NCBI GenBank assembly: GCA_963676915.2
Contig: CAXXVK010000060.1
Coordinates: 32,001-96,000 of the forward strand
DNA: 64,000 nucleotides
Source: Myxococcota bacterium
Lineage (GTDB): Bacteria; Myxococcota_A; SURF-8; G963663525
Reading direction: 5' to 3'
Shown here: in pieces, positions 47,990-58,363 of the stretch
Layout of the letters: the number at the start of each line of letters is the position of its first letter
Position numbering within the stretch: position 1 is the first letter of the stretch
The notes under the pieces: generated by a model
The model's database searches: none
Seen by the model: only the letters and a program-made list of their open reading frames with translations
What the model was told of the DNA's origin: nothing
Program-made: the position numbers and the translations under genes

Positions 47990-48015
47990 ACGTAGCAATA
48001 TTTTGTGATGCACCC
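47990..48015. mobile_element. Solo terminal inverted repeat of the 202-bp MITE family
   Basis: ACGTAGCAATATTTTGTGATGCACCC matches the copy-2 right end AAGTCGCACTATTTTGTGATGCACCC at 23/26. Confidence 0.75.
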
Positions 48016-48042
48016 CAAGTTCTTTAGGACGATAAAATCCCC

Positions 48043-48071
48043 TTGTCGAAACGACGGCTTACGGCTATGCT
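48043..48071 (+). promoter_or_regulatory. Putative sigma70 promoter
   Basis: TTGTCG-17 nt-TATGCT upstream of the dehydratase-like gene and tgt. Confidence 0.5.
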
Positions 48072-48128
48072 ACGCCTCCGGTCGACCGAGGAGCACCGGC
48101 GAATAAATGATTGCAATGGGAGAACGAC

Positions 48129-49175
48129 ATGCTCAACCCGATGGACATCATTCACGAACAGGTAGCCGATCCCGCCAGATTGATTCGGCGACAGCAAACC
48201 ACCGCCGGATATTTCGGCGCGGAGTTTCCCTGGGAAATCCTGCAAGCTGCCGGATTCGCTCCCGTGCGTCTGTGCGGTTTTCCGGGAGAGGATCTTGCAG
48301 ACGAAACGTCTTCGTCGCTGACCACCCGGCTTTTGGAGGCACACCGCCACGAACCGCTTGGCTTGGAGTTGCTCTGTCTTCCCGAAAACCATCCTGATTT
48401 CGAGCTGTTGAAAAATGAAAGCGGTCTGGCTCGGCACGTTGTGGAACTCCCCGATCCGGGAACATCGCTCGAAGATACGTTGGCGATGTTTCGGAAATTG
48501 CGTGAAGAACTGACCCGTCTCGGAACACCATGCGATGATGATGCGCTGACCACGGCTCTCGTTCGTTCCAACCTTGCACGCTACAGGTACTCGGAACTGG
48601 AAGAAAAAGTCTTTTCGGCCAAAAGCTTTTTGCAATACTCCGACCTGCTGGCCGTTTCCCTTTTGGGACAATGGACGAACCGCGAAGACTGGACGGATCT
48701 CGTCAACGAACTGGTGGCGAATCCCCTGGAAAACGTGCTGTTGGGTCTTCCCGTGCGACTGTTTCTGGGGGGAGGCGAGATGATCGCCCCCGAAATCCCG
48801 GATGCGCTCGAACGCCTGGACATCAATGTCTGCGGCGACGCTCACGGAGCAGCCGGCGGACACTGGACCGGTGGCATCGACCCGGACGGCAACCCGCTGG
48901 AGAATCTTGCAGCGTTCTATCACGCGAAAAAGCGACAAACTCTCTCTGACGAAAACGGAAGTGCTGTTTTGATTCAACGGGTTAAGGAATCGAAAGCCGA
49001 TGGCGTTTTGTGGATCGTAGATCCGGGAAACGCACAAGAACTCCAGGACGCCGAAACGTTTGAAATGGCACTGAAAAAGGAAAATATTCCCGTTCTTCTT
49101 CTGAAACACAGTCCCTGGACGGAGCCTGACGAGGCGTTGTACGATCGTTTGGAAGATTTTTCGGAAACGCTGTAG
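48129..49175 (+). CDS. 2-hydroxyacyl-CoA dehydratase subunit-like protein (degenerate)
   Basis: GYF...PWEILQAAGFAPVRL, DPDGNPLENLA, VKESKADGVLW, ENIPVLLL...RLEDFSETL family pattern; Fe-S Cys positions not conserved. Confidence 0.7.
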   Translation: MLNPMDIIHEQVADPARLIRRQQTTAGYFGAEFPWEILQAAGFAPVRLCGFPGEDLADETSSSLTTRLLEAHRHEPLGLELLCLPENHPDFELLKNESGLARHVVELPDPGTSLEDTLAMFRKLREELTRLGTPCDDDALTTALVRSNLARYRYSELEEKVFSAKSFLQYSDLLAVSLLGQWTNREDWTDLVNELVANPLENVLLGLPVRLFLGGGEMIAPEIPDALERLDINVCGDAHGAAGGHWTGGIDPDGNPLENLAAFYHAKKRQTLSDENGSAVLIQRVKESKADGVLWIVDPGNAQELQDAETFEMALKKENIPVLLLKHSPWTEPDEALYDRLEDFSETL

Positions 49176-49188
49176 GATCGGAGTCGTC

Positions 49189-50298
49189 ATGCCATTTCAA
49201 TTCGTTTTGCACAAAACCGATCCATCCGGCGCACGAAGGGGACGAATCACCACCAATCGGGGCGAAATCGACACTCCTTGTTTCATGCCTGTGGGCACGT
49301 TGGGCAGCGTCAAGTCTCTGTCCACCGACGAGTTGAAAGACCTTGGCGCTAAAATTATCCTGGGCAACACTTATCATTTGATGCTGCGCCCCGGCGAAGA
49401 GATCGTTTCCGAAGCGGGCGGCTTGCATCGCTTCATGAACTGGGACCGTCCGATTCTTACCGATTCCGGTGGTTTTCAGGTATTTTCGCTGGCCCGACTG
49501 GTTCGTTTGCAGGAAGAAGGCGCCGAGTTTCGTTCCCACATCGACGGTTCGGCCCACCTACTTAGCCCGGAACGCGCCGTGGAAATCCAAGAAGCGCTGG
49601 ACAGCGACATCATGATGGCGCTGGATGAATGCCCCGCCGCCGACAAACCTCGGGAATACGTCGAGCAATCCATGGCGCTGACCACCCGTTGGGCGAAACG
49701 CTGCCTCGAAGCGCGACGAGACGCCGAGCGAAACGCGCTGTTCGGCATCGTTCAAGGCGGCGTGTTTTCCGATCTGCGAAAACGCCACGCTCAAGAACTG
49801 GCCGCGTTGCCTTTCGACGGCCTGGCCATCGGCGGGTTGTCGGTTGGGGAAGAAAACGCAGTAATGTACGACACCGTAGAAGCCACCACGCCACATCTTC
49901 CCACGGATCGTCCGCGCTACCTGATGGGCGTCGGAGAACCCCGCGACCTGCTCGAAAACATCGAGCGCGGCATTGACATGTTCGATTGCGTCATCCCGAC
50001 CCGTTGCGCCAGAACCGGACGCCTGTATACGCGCCACGGAATCGTCAATATCAAAAACGCGGCTAATACCCGGGATTTTTCACCCCTCGACCCGGACTGC
50101 ACCTGTCCGACCTGCCGAAATTATTCCAAGGCCTACCTTCGTCACCTGTTTTTATCGAAAGAGTTGCTGGCCTACCGGCTGTTGACGCTGCACAACCTGC
50201 ACTTTTTCCTGGATCTGATGCGTCAGGTGCGCGAAGCCATCGAAAACGACCGCTTCGCCACGTTCAAACGGGAATTTTTGGGTGACTTCGAAGCATAG
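49189..50298 (+). CDS. tgt: tRNA-guanine transglycosylase
   Basis: FMPVGT, GNTYHL, TDSGGFQVFSL, GGLSVGE, RYLMGVG, DMFDCV, Zn site CTCPTC...H. Confidence 0.97.
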   Translation: MPFQFVLHKTDPSGARRGRITTNRGEIDTPCFMPVGTLGSVKSLSTDELKDLGAKIILGNTYHLMLRPGEEIVSEAGGLHRFMNWDRPILTDSGGFQVFSLARLVRLQEEGAEFRSHIDGSAHLLSPERAVEIQEALDSDIMMALDECPAADKPREYVEQSMALTTRWAKRCLEARRDAERNALFGIVQGGVFSDLRKRHAQELAALPFDGLAIGGLSVGEENAVMYDTVEATTPHLPTDRPRYLMGVGEPRDLLENIERGIDMFDCVIPTRCARTGRLYTRHGIVNIKNAANTRDFSPLDPDCTCPTCRNYSKAYLRHLFLSKELLAYRLLTLHNLHFFLDLMRQVREAIENDRFATFKREFLGDFEA

Positions 50299-50400
50299 GT
50301 TCAACTCAGAACAAAAGCCGTGGGGAATACCCACGAATCCATCCCGTTTTTCCTGTATTTCGTTCGAGAAAAAACCGGGAATTTCATCCCAAACCAGCAC

Positions 50401-50429
50401 TTGACAGCGAAGCGGCACAGGTCTATATT
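50401..50429 (+). promoter_or_regulatory. sigma70 promoter for pdxS
   Basis: TTGACA-17 nt-TATATT. Confidence 0.75.
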
Positions 50430-50489
50430 CCTGCCACGGTTTTCCTTGGAATTTCAGTAAACTAGCCATTAATACGAAGGACGAAGACG

Positions 50490-51377
50490 ATGGAAAAGAC
50501 ACAAGGAACTCTTCGAGTCAAAACCGGTCATGCCGAAATGCTCAAAGGTGGCGTAATTATGGACGTGACCACCGTGGAACAGGCCAAAATCGCAGAAGAC
50601 GCGGGTGCCTGCGCGGTAATGGCTCTGGAGCGCGTTCCGGCGGATATCCGGGTGCAAGGCGGCGTCGCACGGATGTCGGACCCGGAAATGATCGTGAAAA
50701 TTATCGAGGCGGTTTCGATTCCCGTCATGGCCAAGGCTCGTATCGGTCATTTCGTCGAAGCCCAGATTCTCGAATCGCTCGGCGTGGACTACGTGGACGA
50801 ATCTGAGGTTCTCACCCCGGCGGATGAGGCTCACCACATCGATAAATGGAACTACACCGTTCCGTTCGTCTGTGGCGCCCGCAACCTGGGTGAAGCCCTG
50901 CGTCGGATCGGCGAAGGTGCAGCCATGATCCGCACCAAAGGCGAAGCGGGAACCGGCGATGTCGTCGAAGCCGTACGCCATGCCCGCACGGTGCTGGGTG
51001 AAATCAAAAAAGTTCAGGCCATGCCCCGTGAAGAATTGATGAGCCATGCCCGCGACCTGGGTGCGCCTTACGATCTTCTGGTGTATGTCCACGAAAACGG
51101 CAAGCTGCCGGTCGTGAATTTCGCCGCCGGCGGACTGGCCACCCCGGCTGACGCCGCAATGATGATGCAATTGGGCCTGGACGGCGTGTTCGTCGGCTCC
51201 GGCATCTTCAAGTCCGGCAACCCGGCTCGTCGCGCCAAAGCCATCGTGCAGGCCGTGACCCACTACAACGATCCCAAGATTCTGGCCGAAATTTCCAAGG
51301 GTCTGGGAGAAGCGATGGTCGGCATCAACGTCAGCTCGCTCGAAGATAACGAGCAACTCGCCAAGCGGGGTTGGTGA
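50490..51377 (+). CDS. pdxS: Pyridoxal 5'-phosphate synthase lyase subunit
   Basis: [51 protein letters not shown]. Confidence 0.98.
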   Translation: MEKTQGTLRVKTGHAEMLKGGVIMDVTTVEQAKIAEDAGACAVMALERVPADIRVQGGVARMSDPEMIVKIIEAVSIPVMAKARIGHFVEAQILESLGVDYVDESEVLTPADEAHHIDKWNYTVPFVCGARNLGEALRRIGEGAAMIRTKGEAGTGDVVEAVRHARTVLGEIKKVQAMPREELMSHARDLGAPYDLLVYVHENGKLPVVNFAAGGLATPADAAMMMQLGLDGVFVGSGIFKSGNPARRAKAIVQAVTHYNDPKILAEISKGLGEAMVGINVSSLEDNEQLAKRGW

Positions 51378-51402
51378 TCGTCGTAGCACGTTCTTTTTCT
51401 AC

Positions 51403-51429
51403 AAAGGCACGGAAAGCCGTGCCTTTTTT
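51403..51429 (+). terminator. Terminator-like hairpin between pdxS and pdxT
   Basis: AAAGGCACGG-AAAG-CCGTGCCTTTTTT. Confidence 0.7.
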
Positions 51430-51451
51430 CCGTCTCTGAGGTTGGTTTTCG

Positions 51452-52120
51452 ATGAGCGCCACGGCGGATACTATGAGTTCTGAATTATCATCACGGGTTT
51501 TCGGCGTTCTGGCGCTGCAAGGTGCATTTCGGGAGCATCGCCGGATGATCGAGCGCCTCGGCGCAGGCAGCCGGGAAGTTCGCCTTCCGAAGCATTTGGA
51601 GGGTTTGTCGGGATTGATCCTCCCCGGCGGCGAGTCCACGACCATCGGCAAGCTGCTGGTCGAATGGAAACTTTTGGAACCGATCCGGGAAATGGGTCTG
51701 GGCGGTTTGCCTATTTGGGGGAGTTGCGCCGGTGCTATTTTGCTGGCGAAACGTATCCGGGAACGAGGCAAAGAGATGGACCAGCCCCGTTTGGGACTGA
51801 TGGACATGACTGCCGTTCGCAATGCTTTCGGACGCCAGGTGGACAGTTTTGAGGCCGACCTGAACGTCGCGACCCTCGACGAGCCGTTTCGAGGCGTGTT
51901 CATTCGTGCGCCGCTGTTCGAGCTCGACGGACAGGGCGTGCAGTCCCTGTGTACCGTGGAAAACCAGGAGGTTTTCGTTCGGCAGGGACATTTGCTGGCA
52001 ACCTCGTTTCACCCGGAATTGACCGACGATTCCCGACTTCATTCGTATTTCATTCAACTGGCCGCCAAGGAGGTTGCGCAACCTCCCAACGACATCGCGG
52101 CATCAAGGAGCCTTTCATGA
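51452..52120 (+). CDS. pdxT: PLP synthase glutaminase subunit
   Basis: GVLALQGAFREH, PGGEST, GSCAG, RNAFGRQ, FIRAP, SFHPE. Confidence 0.96.
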   Translation: MSATADTMSSELSSRVFGVLALQGAFREHRRMIERLGAGSREVRLPKHLEGLSGLILPGGESTTIGKLLVEWKLLEPIREMGLGGLPIWGSCAGAILLAKRIRERGKEMDQPRLGLMDMTAVRNAFGRQVDSFEADLNVATLDEPFRGVFIRAPLFELDGQGVQSLCTVENQEVFVRQGHLLATSFHPELTDDSRLHSYFIQLAAKEVAQPPNDIAASRSLS

Positions 52121-54159
52121 TTCGCAAACTGTTCGGCCTGGATCTCGCCACCGGCGCGGCGAAGCGCCATTTGAAACGGCGGTTGCTTACCGGCCATCTT
52201 AAAAATGCCTCGGATGTTGAGGATTTCCAGGACGACTCTTCGGCGAAAAAAGAAAAAAGCGAAGATAAACAAACGGTTGCTCAGCTTGCAAAACCCAAAA
52301 GCAAAGAACCGAGCTGGGAAGGGATCGGATCGGTCAGGCAGGATGAAACGCCGGTCGAAACCATCGAGGACGATGGCATCGAGCGTTCGTGGAGTGAGCT
52401 AGGTCTGGTAGGCGAGTTGCTGGAAGGCATCGAGGCGATGAAGTTCGCCAAGCCGATGCCGGTTCAACGTCGGGCGATTCCTTATGCCCTCGAAGGCGGC
52501 GATTACCTCGTGCAAGCCAAGACCGGATCGGGAAAAACACTGGCTTTCGGCCTGCCGATCCTCCAAAAACTCGATTTCGAGAAAAAAGTCATGCAGGCGG
52601 TGGTACTCACACCGACCCGTGAACTTTGCCTTCAGGTCTGCGAAGAAATTTCCGAGGTGGGACAATCGCTCGACCCCGGCATCGTGCCCGTCTACGGCGG
52701 AGCCTCGATGCGCGTACAGGTGGAAAAAATCCAGAGCGGTGCCCGACTGCTGGTAGGAACGCCGGGGCGGGTGCTCGACCACCTCAAGCGCGGAACGTTG
52801 AGCTTCGATACCGTTTCTACCCTCGTGCTCGATGAAGCCGACGAAATGCTGGACAAAGGTTTTTTACCCGACGTAACCCGCATTTTGGACTATATGCCCA
52901 AAAAACGCACCACAATGTGTTTTTCGGCCACGTTGCCTGCGGCCATCAACCGGTTGGCTCAAGGACATATGCAGCAACCCCGGTTAATCCGCATCGGCAG
53001 TGCGCAGGGATTCAGCGTCAACCTGGACGTAAAGCATTTTTATTACAAAACTCCCACGTTGCATCGTTTTGTTACGTTGGTAAACCTGCTGCATTCGATT
53101 CCGCGAACCAAAGTGCTCGTGTTCTGCAACACCAAGATGGACACCGAAAACATCGCCGAATACCTCAACGAAGAGGGCTTTTCGGTCGGTTTTCTCAGTG
53201 GAAACCTCAGTCAGGCCGTTCGCAATCGCACGCTCGAAGCATTTAAAGACGGCGTGATCGATATCCTGGTGGCGACGGATGTTGCAGCCCGAGGATTGGA
53301 CATTTACGGCGTCAGTCATGTCATCAACTACGACCTGCCCGAAAGCAAGGAACTCTACCTGCATCGGACGGGACGCACCGGACGGGCCGGGAAATCGGGT
53401 ATCGCGCTGAGTCTCGTGACACCTCGCGATTTGCTGCAAATCGGCGTCATTTCGCGAAAAATCGGTATTCCTTTCACCGAATTGCCCGTGCCGCAAAAAG
53501 ACGACGTGCAGCAGGGATACAAAAAATTCCTCATCGACCGCATGAAAGCCATGGCCGAGGACGAGGAATTCTCCGACGAAGTGGCCCTTTTGGCCGACGA
53601 TCTGCTGGAAGCCCTCGAACCGCATCCGCTGGTATCCTCTTTGCTGACCTTCCTGCGGCAACGGGGATTTTCCTTCGATCTGGGATATGATCCGGACAAC
53701 CCCGAGTTCCGTGACATGGCGATGGCACGCCCGAAACTGATGGGCACCCGCGATCTTAGGGAACAGGCTCGCCAAAAACGCGATATGGACCGGGGGCCGC
53801 GAAAACGTCGCGAAAATACCGGCGAAAAACGCTCGCGTCCGAGCAAAAAAGGCAAGAACGACGACGACCGCAAGTACACAACGCTGGAGTTTTCCAAAGG
53901 CCGAAGCACCGGACTACGTGGTCCCAGCGATTTCATTCGTCTGGTCTGCCAGACTGCCGGAATCAAGAAGTACATGATCGGTAAAATCACCATCGAAGAC
54001 GAGCGAACCTGCGCCGGAATCGATGACAAATGCGTAAACCGTGTGATAGACTCCTTCAAAAACGTACGTAAAAAAGATTTGCAACTGACGGTCAAACCCA
54101 TCGGCTCCGCTTCAAATGATGCGGTGGCGAAAAAACCGGACAAAGGCGACGATGAGTAA
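52117..54159 (+). CDS. DEAD-box RNA helicase (DeaD/CshA-like) with N-terminal extension and DbpA-like C-terminus
   Basis: AKTGSGKT, PTREL, TPGR, DEAD, SAT, ARGLD, HRTGRTGRAG; ATG 52117 behind AAGGAG overlaps the pdxT stop (ATGA). Confidence 0.93.
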   Translation: MIRKLFGLDLATGAAKRHLKRRLLTGHLKNASDVEDFQDDSSAKKEKSEDKQTVAQLAKPKSKEPSWEGIGSVRQDETPVETIEDDGIERSWSELGLVGELLEGIEAMKFAKPMPVQRRAIPYALEGGDYLVQAKTGSGKTLAFGLPILQKLDFEKKVMQAVVLTPTRELCLQVCEEISEVGQSLDPGIVPVYGGASMRVQVEKIQSGARLLVGTPGRVLDHLKRGTLSFDTVSTLVLDEADEMLDKGFLPDVTRILDYMPKKRTTMCFSATLPAAINRLAQGHMQQPRLIRIGSAQGFSVNLDVKHFYYKTPTLHRFVTLVNLLHSIPRTKVLVFCNTKMDTENIAEYLNEEGFSVGFLSGNLSQAVRNRTLEAFKDGVIDILVATDVAARGLDIYGVSHVINYDLPESKELYLHRTGRTGRAGKSGIALSLVTPRDLLQIGVISRKIGIPFTELPVPQKDDVQQGYKKFLIDRMKAMAEDEEFSDEVALLADDLLEALEPHPLVSSLLTFLRQRGFSFDLGYDPDNPEFRDMAMARPKLMGTRDLREQARQKRDMDRGPRKRRENTGEKRSRPSKKGKNDDDRKYTTLEFSKGRSTGLRGPSDFIRLVCQTAGIKKYMIGKITIEDERTCAGIDDKCVNRVIDSFKNVRKKDLQLTVKPIGSASNDAVAKKPDKGDDE

Positions 54160-56863
54160 GCTTCGACGTTCGATACCGTTTTTCGTTCTCGCGGCCGCGA
54201 TGCTGGCGGGCTGCGACCATGGCTCCAATATCTGCGAACCCGAAAGCTATATGTGCGGCGGTTTCGACAACAACACGGTGATGCGTTGCGATTCGACCGG
54301 CGACCGCTACCAGTCGCTGACCGTTTGTTCCGAATCGGGACGGGTCTGTCAGGCAGGTCAGTGCGTGGAGGTGGCGGACGGCGATGTGGACGAGGACGCC
54401 GTGGATGAGACCGACGCCGGTGAAGCAGAGGAATCCTCTGCCGGTGATGGCGAAGAGGGTCAAACCTGCCGCTATGCCATCGATTGTTCCGAAGACGAAT
54501 TATGCCTCGATGACGGGGACGGAACCTTTGTCTGTACCGAACAGTACGGACGGCGGTTGGATCTTGCGCTTGGCGGCGGACAGGTCGTGTTCGATCTCGA
54601 AGCGGGACGTTTCGACTATTTCGATGACGAAGGCACTCCCATCGTGCTCGCTGCAGCAGTAGCCTGGGGACCGCTTGATGTCGATGCTGCAAATTTTGCC
54701 CGGTCCGATAACTCCACCCTTAGAGCCGATAGCACGCAAGATGGCGATAATATTGGTCTTTACAGCGAGCTGGCGCTGTCGTTTCCTCCCGACGCCGAAG
54801 GCATCGAGGCGGTCTGGCGGCTGCGCTTGTACCAGGACGGAGGATTTCTCACCGTTCACATGACGTTTACGGATGCCGAGGGCGACGCCCTGCCATCGCT
54901 GGCCGTTTCTCTTGTGGAGACGGGAAACAATGGCGGATACGTAGGTGATTTCGAACACCTACTGGACTTCGATGACGGATTGGGAACCTCGACCGTTACC
55001 GTGCTCGATCCGGCGGCGGCGTTCGAAGCCCACGGACTCGCGGCACTCACCACCGAGACGGACAGTCATATCTCTGGTCTCGAAACCCGCGTCTTGGGTA
55101 CATTCCATCGACGGGTGGAACGTCCTTTGTTCCATTTCGGAGTGGCTACGGAAAATGCTGCCGAAGACACGCTTCGGTCCCTTGTCATCGACACCCGCAG
55201 CGCTCCTGCACTGGCCGGAAATACGGGCAGAACGCCGGTCGTGATCCTGGCCGGACCCCGGTCAGGTGTCCATGAAGCCCTTGAAGACTATGCCACGTGG
55301 CTCGCTCAATACAACGATGTCACGGTCGAAAACACTTCCGATCTTTTCCAGCCCTGTTACTGGCGTTCGGAAGAATCGCTGGAATCCTCCGTGCTGACCA
55401 ATATTCTTTCCCAAGCCGCCCATTTGCGGGATTTCGGACTCGACGGATTGTTGCTTTCGGATGGATGGCAACAAGAAATCGGGGATTGGTCTTTCGACAC
55501 GACGCGCTATCCCTCCGGGGGAGAGGAAATCGTTCTTCAAGCCAAGAATCACGGGCTAGTTCCCGGTATTTGGGCCGCGCCGCTGCATGCTTCCGAAGAT
55601 TCCGCCCTGCTGACGATCCACGATGCAGCCGAGTGGACGGTGGACATTTCCGAGGATTCCCTCGATGCGGGTGCAGATGGCGTCAAGCCGCTGAATCTCG
55701 ATCAGACCGACGTAACGAACCACGTTCGGAACTCCGTAAGTTCCCTGTATTCCAAGGGTTTCGAGTGGATGTCCGTAGGGCGCACCGCAATCGAGTCCGC
55801 TGCTCCCGCAGCAGCGCTCGACACCAATGGGCTGGCGTTGATTCAAAGCGCTTTTTCTCCCGGTACGCTTTTACGTGAAGGCGGGGCGGATCATGCCGTG
55901 GGATCGGCACAGGCCGCCTCGGCGGATTTTTCCATCAATCCTGCGGGGCGTTTTCCTGCCTGGCCTGCCGATCTTCGTACGCTGGCTGCTGTTTCTCGAC
56001 GTTGGTTCTTCCAGGGTACTGCCGCAAGCACCGTTGTTGCACCCGTGAGTTTCCCGCTCGATGCCACGCGAAAACGACTGTTCCTAACCGCCTTGGCGAT
56101 GATGGGTGGAGCTTTCGAGTTGCGCACCCCTCCGTTGTCGCTGAACCGGGAACAAATGACTCTCGTTCGACAACTCGTGCCGCCGTTACCGTACGCGGCT
56201 CGTCCCATGGATCTGTTCGATCATGAAATTCCCGAGCAATACCATATGGTTATCGATGGCGGTGAGGGTATGACTCGCGCCGACCTGTTGGGCTTGCTCT
56301 GCCCCGAACAACAAGCTGTCGCCGGAGGCGACGAGTTGGCTGCCCGTGCGCAGGATTGCGACGTTTCGGTGGATCTTTCCGCTCTCGGACTGGGGTTGGA
56401 TACCGAGTTCATTACCTACGATTTCTGGACGGGTGAGGTTGACGGGCCGGTGGCGTCGCGACTGCAAACGACGGTTCCTCTGAACGAAGGCCGCTTGATT
56501 GCTTTGCGTCCTCTTCTCGATCGCCCCCAATTCGCCGGATGGAATCGTCACGTTTCGGTGGGCGGGCGCTTTTTCGAAAAAGAACGCTGGACCGCTTCTT
56601 CGAATACGCTACGGCTGTCTTTCGATGTTACGGCGGCTTTTCCGGAGTATCCATTTCCTTATGAAATTGTGCTTGTCGTACCGAAAACGTACGACATGAA
56701 CCGGGTGGAGGTGTTTATTGGTGCGTTCTCTTCCATCGAATGGGAATGGCTGGACAACCCACCGGCGGATCTGGATGCGAAACTGATGAAACTGACCCTC
56801 GTTCCCGACGCCACAAGCCTCGTGGAACTGGATCTGGTATTCGATTCAACCGAAAGCGAATGA
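54152..56863 (+). CDS. Lipoprotein with Cys-rich N-terminus and degenerate GH36 (alpha-galactosidase-like) TIM barrel
   Basis: Lipobox LAGC; LSDGWQ..GDW...RYPSG, GLVPGIWAAP, LNL..DV..HV, AARPMDLF. Confidence 0.72.
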   Translation: MSKLRRSIPFFVLAAAMLAGCDHGSNICEPESYMCGGFDNNTVMRCDSTGDRYQSLTVCSESGRVCQAGQCVEVADGDVDEDAVDETDAGEAEESSAGDGEEGQTCRYAIDCSEDELCLDDGDGTFVCTEQYGRRLDLALGGGQVVFDLEAGRFDYFDDEGTPIVLAAAVAWGPLDVDAANFARSDNSTLRADSTQDGDNIGLYSELALSFPPDAEGIEAVWRLRLYQDGGFLTVHMTFTDAEGDALPSLAVSLVETGNNGGYVGDFEHLLDFDDGLGTSTVTVLDPAAAFEAHGLAALTTETDSHISGLETRVLGTFHRRVERPLFHFGVATENAAEDTLRSLVIDTRSAPALAGNTGRTPVVILAGPRSGVHEALEDYATWLAQYNDVTVENTSDLFQPCYWRSEESLESSVLTNILSQAAHLRDFGLDGLLLSDGWQQEIGDWSFDTTRYPSGGEEIVLQAKNHGLVPGIWAAPLHASEDSALLTIHDAAEWTVDISEDSLDAGADGVKPLNLDQTDVTNHVRNSVSSLYSKGFEWMSVGRTAIESAAPAAALDTNGLALIQSAFSPGTLLREGGADHAVGSAQAASADFSINPAGRFPAWPADLRTLAAVSRRWFFQGTAASTVVAPVSFPLDATRKRLFLTALAMMGGAFELRTPPLSLNREQMTLVRQLVPPLPYAARPMDLFDHEIPEQYHMVIDGGEGMTRADLLGLLCPEQQAVAGGDELAARAQDCDVSVDLSALGLGLDTEFITYDFWTGEVDGPVASRLQTTVPLNEGRLIALRPLLDRPQFAGWNRHVSVGGRFFEKERWTASSNTLRLSFDVTAAFPEYPFPYEIVLVVPKTYDMNRVEVFIGAFSSIEWEWLDNPPADLDAKLMKLTLVPDATSLVELDLVFDSTESE

Positions 56864-56926
56864 TTCGGCCCGGTTTGATCCGGGATTCAAAACGTCTTGA
56901 AGTTTATACAAGTACCATAAGCAGAA

Positions 56927-56991
56927 GTAGGTCGGGCTAATTTTTAGCCCGACACCTTGGTATTGTCGGGCAAGAAATTTGTCCGACCTAC
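56927..56991. repeat. GTAG-GTCGGG family REP doublet (REPIN)
   Basis: GTAGGTCGGGCTAATTTTTAGCCCGACA + 9 nt + TGTCGGGCAAGAAATTTGTCCGACCTAC. Confidence 0.85.
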
Positions 56992-57042
56992 TATGATACC
57001 CAACGATTTGAATTTACAGTTGTCCAACCCGACGACGGAAAA

Positions 57043-58337
57043 ATGAAGCCAGTATATGTCCAAGTGATTTGGGGAATTTTTGCGGTGTTGTGGTTTGTCT
57101 TGGCTCCGGTCAAGGTCTGGGCCGACGATCCCACCGCGACCGAAGCCGTCGTTTCCGCCACTCCGTTGACGATTCCCGACAACGAGGTCTATCTCATCAC
57201 TCCGGGATTGTACCGGATTCTGGAGCGTTTTCGTGCGGGTGAGAATTTCGAGCCTTTGCCGTTGTTGGAGGAGGAAGCCCGGCGAACACCCTATATTCCC
57301 TCCACGCATTATTGGGTAGCGGCGCGGAAAATGATGCTGTTCATGATGGATCGCCGCCACTATCCCATCTCCGACGAGATTGCACAGCATTACGAAGATT
57401 GCATCATTCGTGCAAAAAGGGCGCGTAAAATCGCCCGGTTCGATCACGCAGGACGATTTTACGAGGCCGTCTGTTCGGGCGGGCTGGCCTCGGTCCACAG
57501 CATGAAAAAAAACTATGCCAAAGCCGGGTTGCTGGCGCGTCGCTCGATCCAGGGTTTCGTCGAATTTTTAAAACTTCGACCCGATCACGACGGAACGCTG
57601 CTGGCCGTCGGTTCTTACAACTATTATACCAGTCAACTCGGTACGCTGGGACAGGTTCTGTTGGGATTGCTGGGGTTGCCAAAGGGAGAGAAAACCAAGG
57701 ATTGCAAATGCTTACCCGTGTAGCAAGGCCCGGCAGTCCGCTGGACATGGCCGCCCACATGATGCTTGCCTCGGCGCTGACCCAGTACGAAAAAAAGAAA
57801 GACGAAGCGTTAGCCGTCTCTCGTCGCCTGACGCAATTGGTACCCACCAGTTCCAACGCTCATCTTTCGCTTGCCAATCAGTATCTCTTGTGGGGTGAGT
57901 TGGACGCATCCAAAAAAGCGCTCGAAGACGCCCGGCGCTGCCTTCCCGAACATCCCATGGAATCTGAACTGACCGAAGTTCGCGCCAAAGGATACATTTT
58001 GGATGCGCTTGACGCGATGTTGGCAGTTTTGACCCGACAGGATGCAAAAGCGCTGCAACGAATGCTCGACTACAGCCGGGAACAAACCCACGGCTACCAG
58101 TGGATGGTGCTGCTCGCCGATATCTACCTCGGGCACATCTACAAACTCGCCGGGCTAGAAGAAAAAGCCCGATATCACTACGAAAAAGCGAGAGACACCG
58201 AAGGCACCCGGCAGGTTCGCGACATGGCCGGGACGTTTCTCGACGGCGAGGACATCCGCAAACAGATCAAACTTCCCGACGAACAAACCCGCAGGTTGCG
58301 TGAATGGCTGCTAAACGGACCGTTGGCCAGTCGCTAG
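57043..58337 (+). pseudogene. Exported TPR-like helical protein split by a -1 frameshift (probable sequencing error)
   Basis: ORFs 57043-57723 and 57702-58337 join as ...GEKTKGLQML if one G is added at 57699-57700; signal peptide and TPR-like helices. Confidence 0.65.
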
Positions 58338-58363
58338 AATTCATGAGTATGTAAAAATAATTC

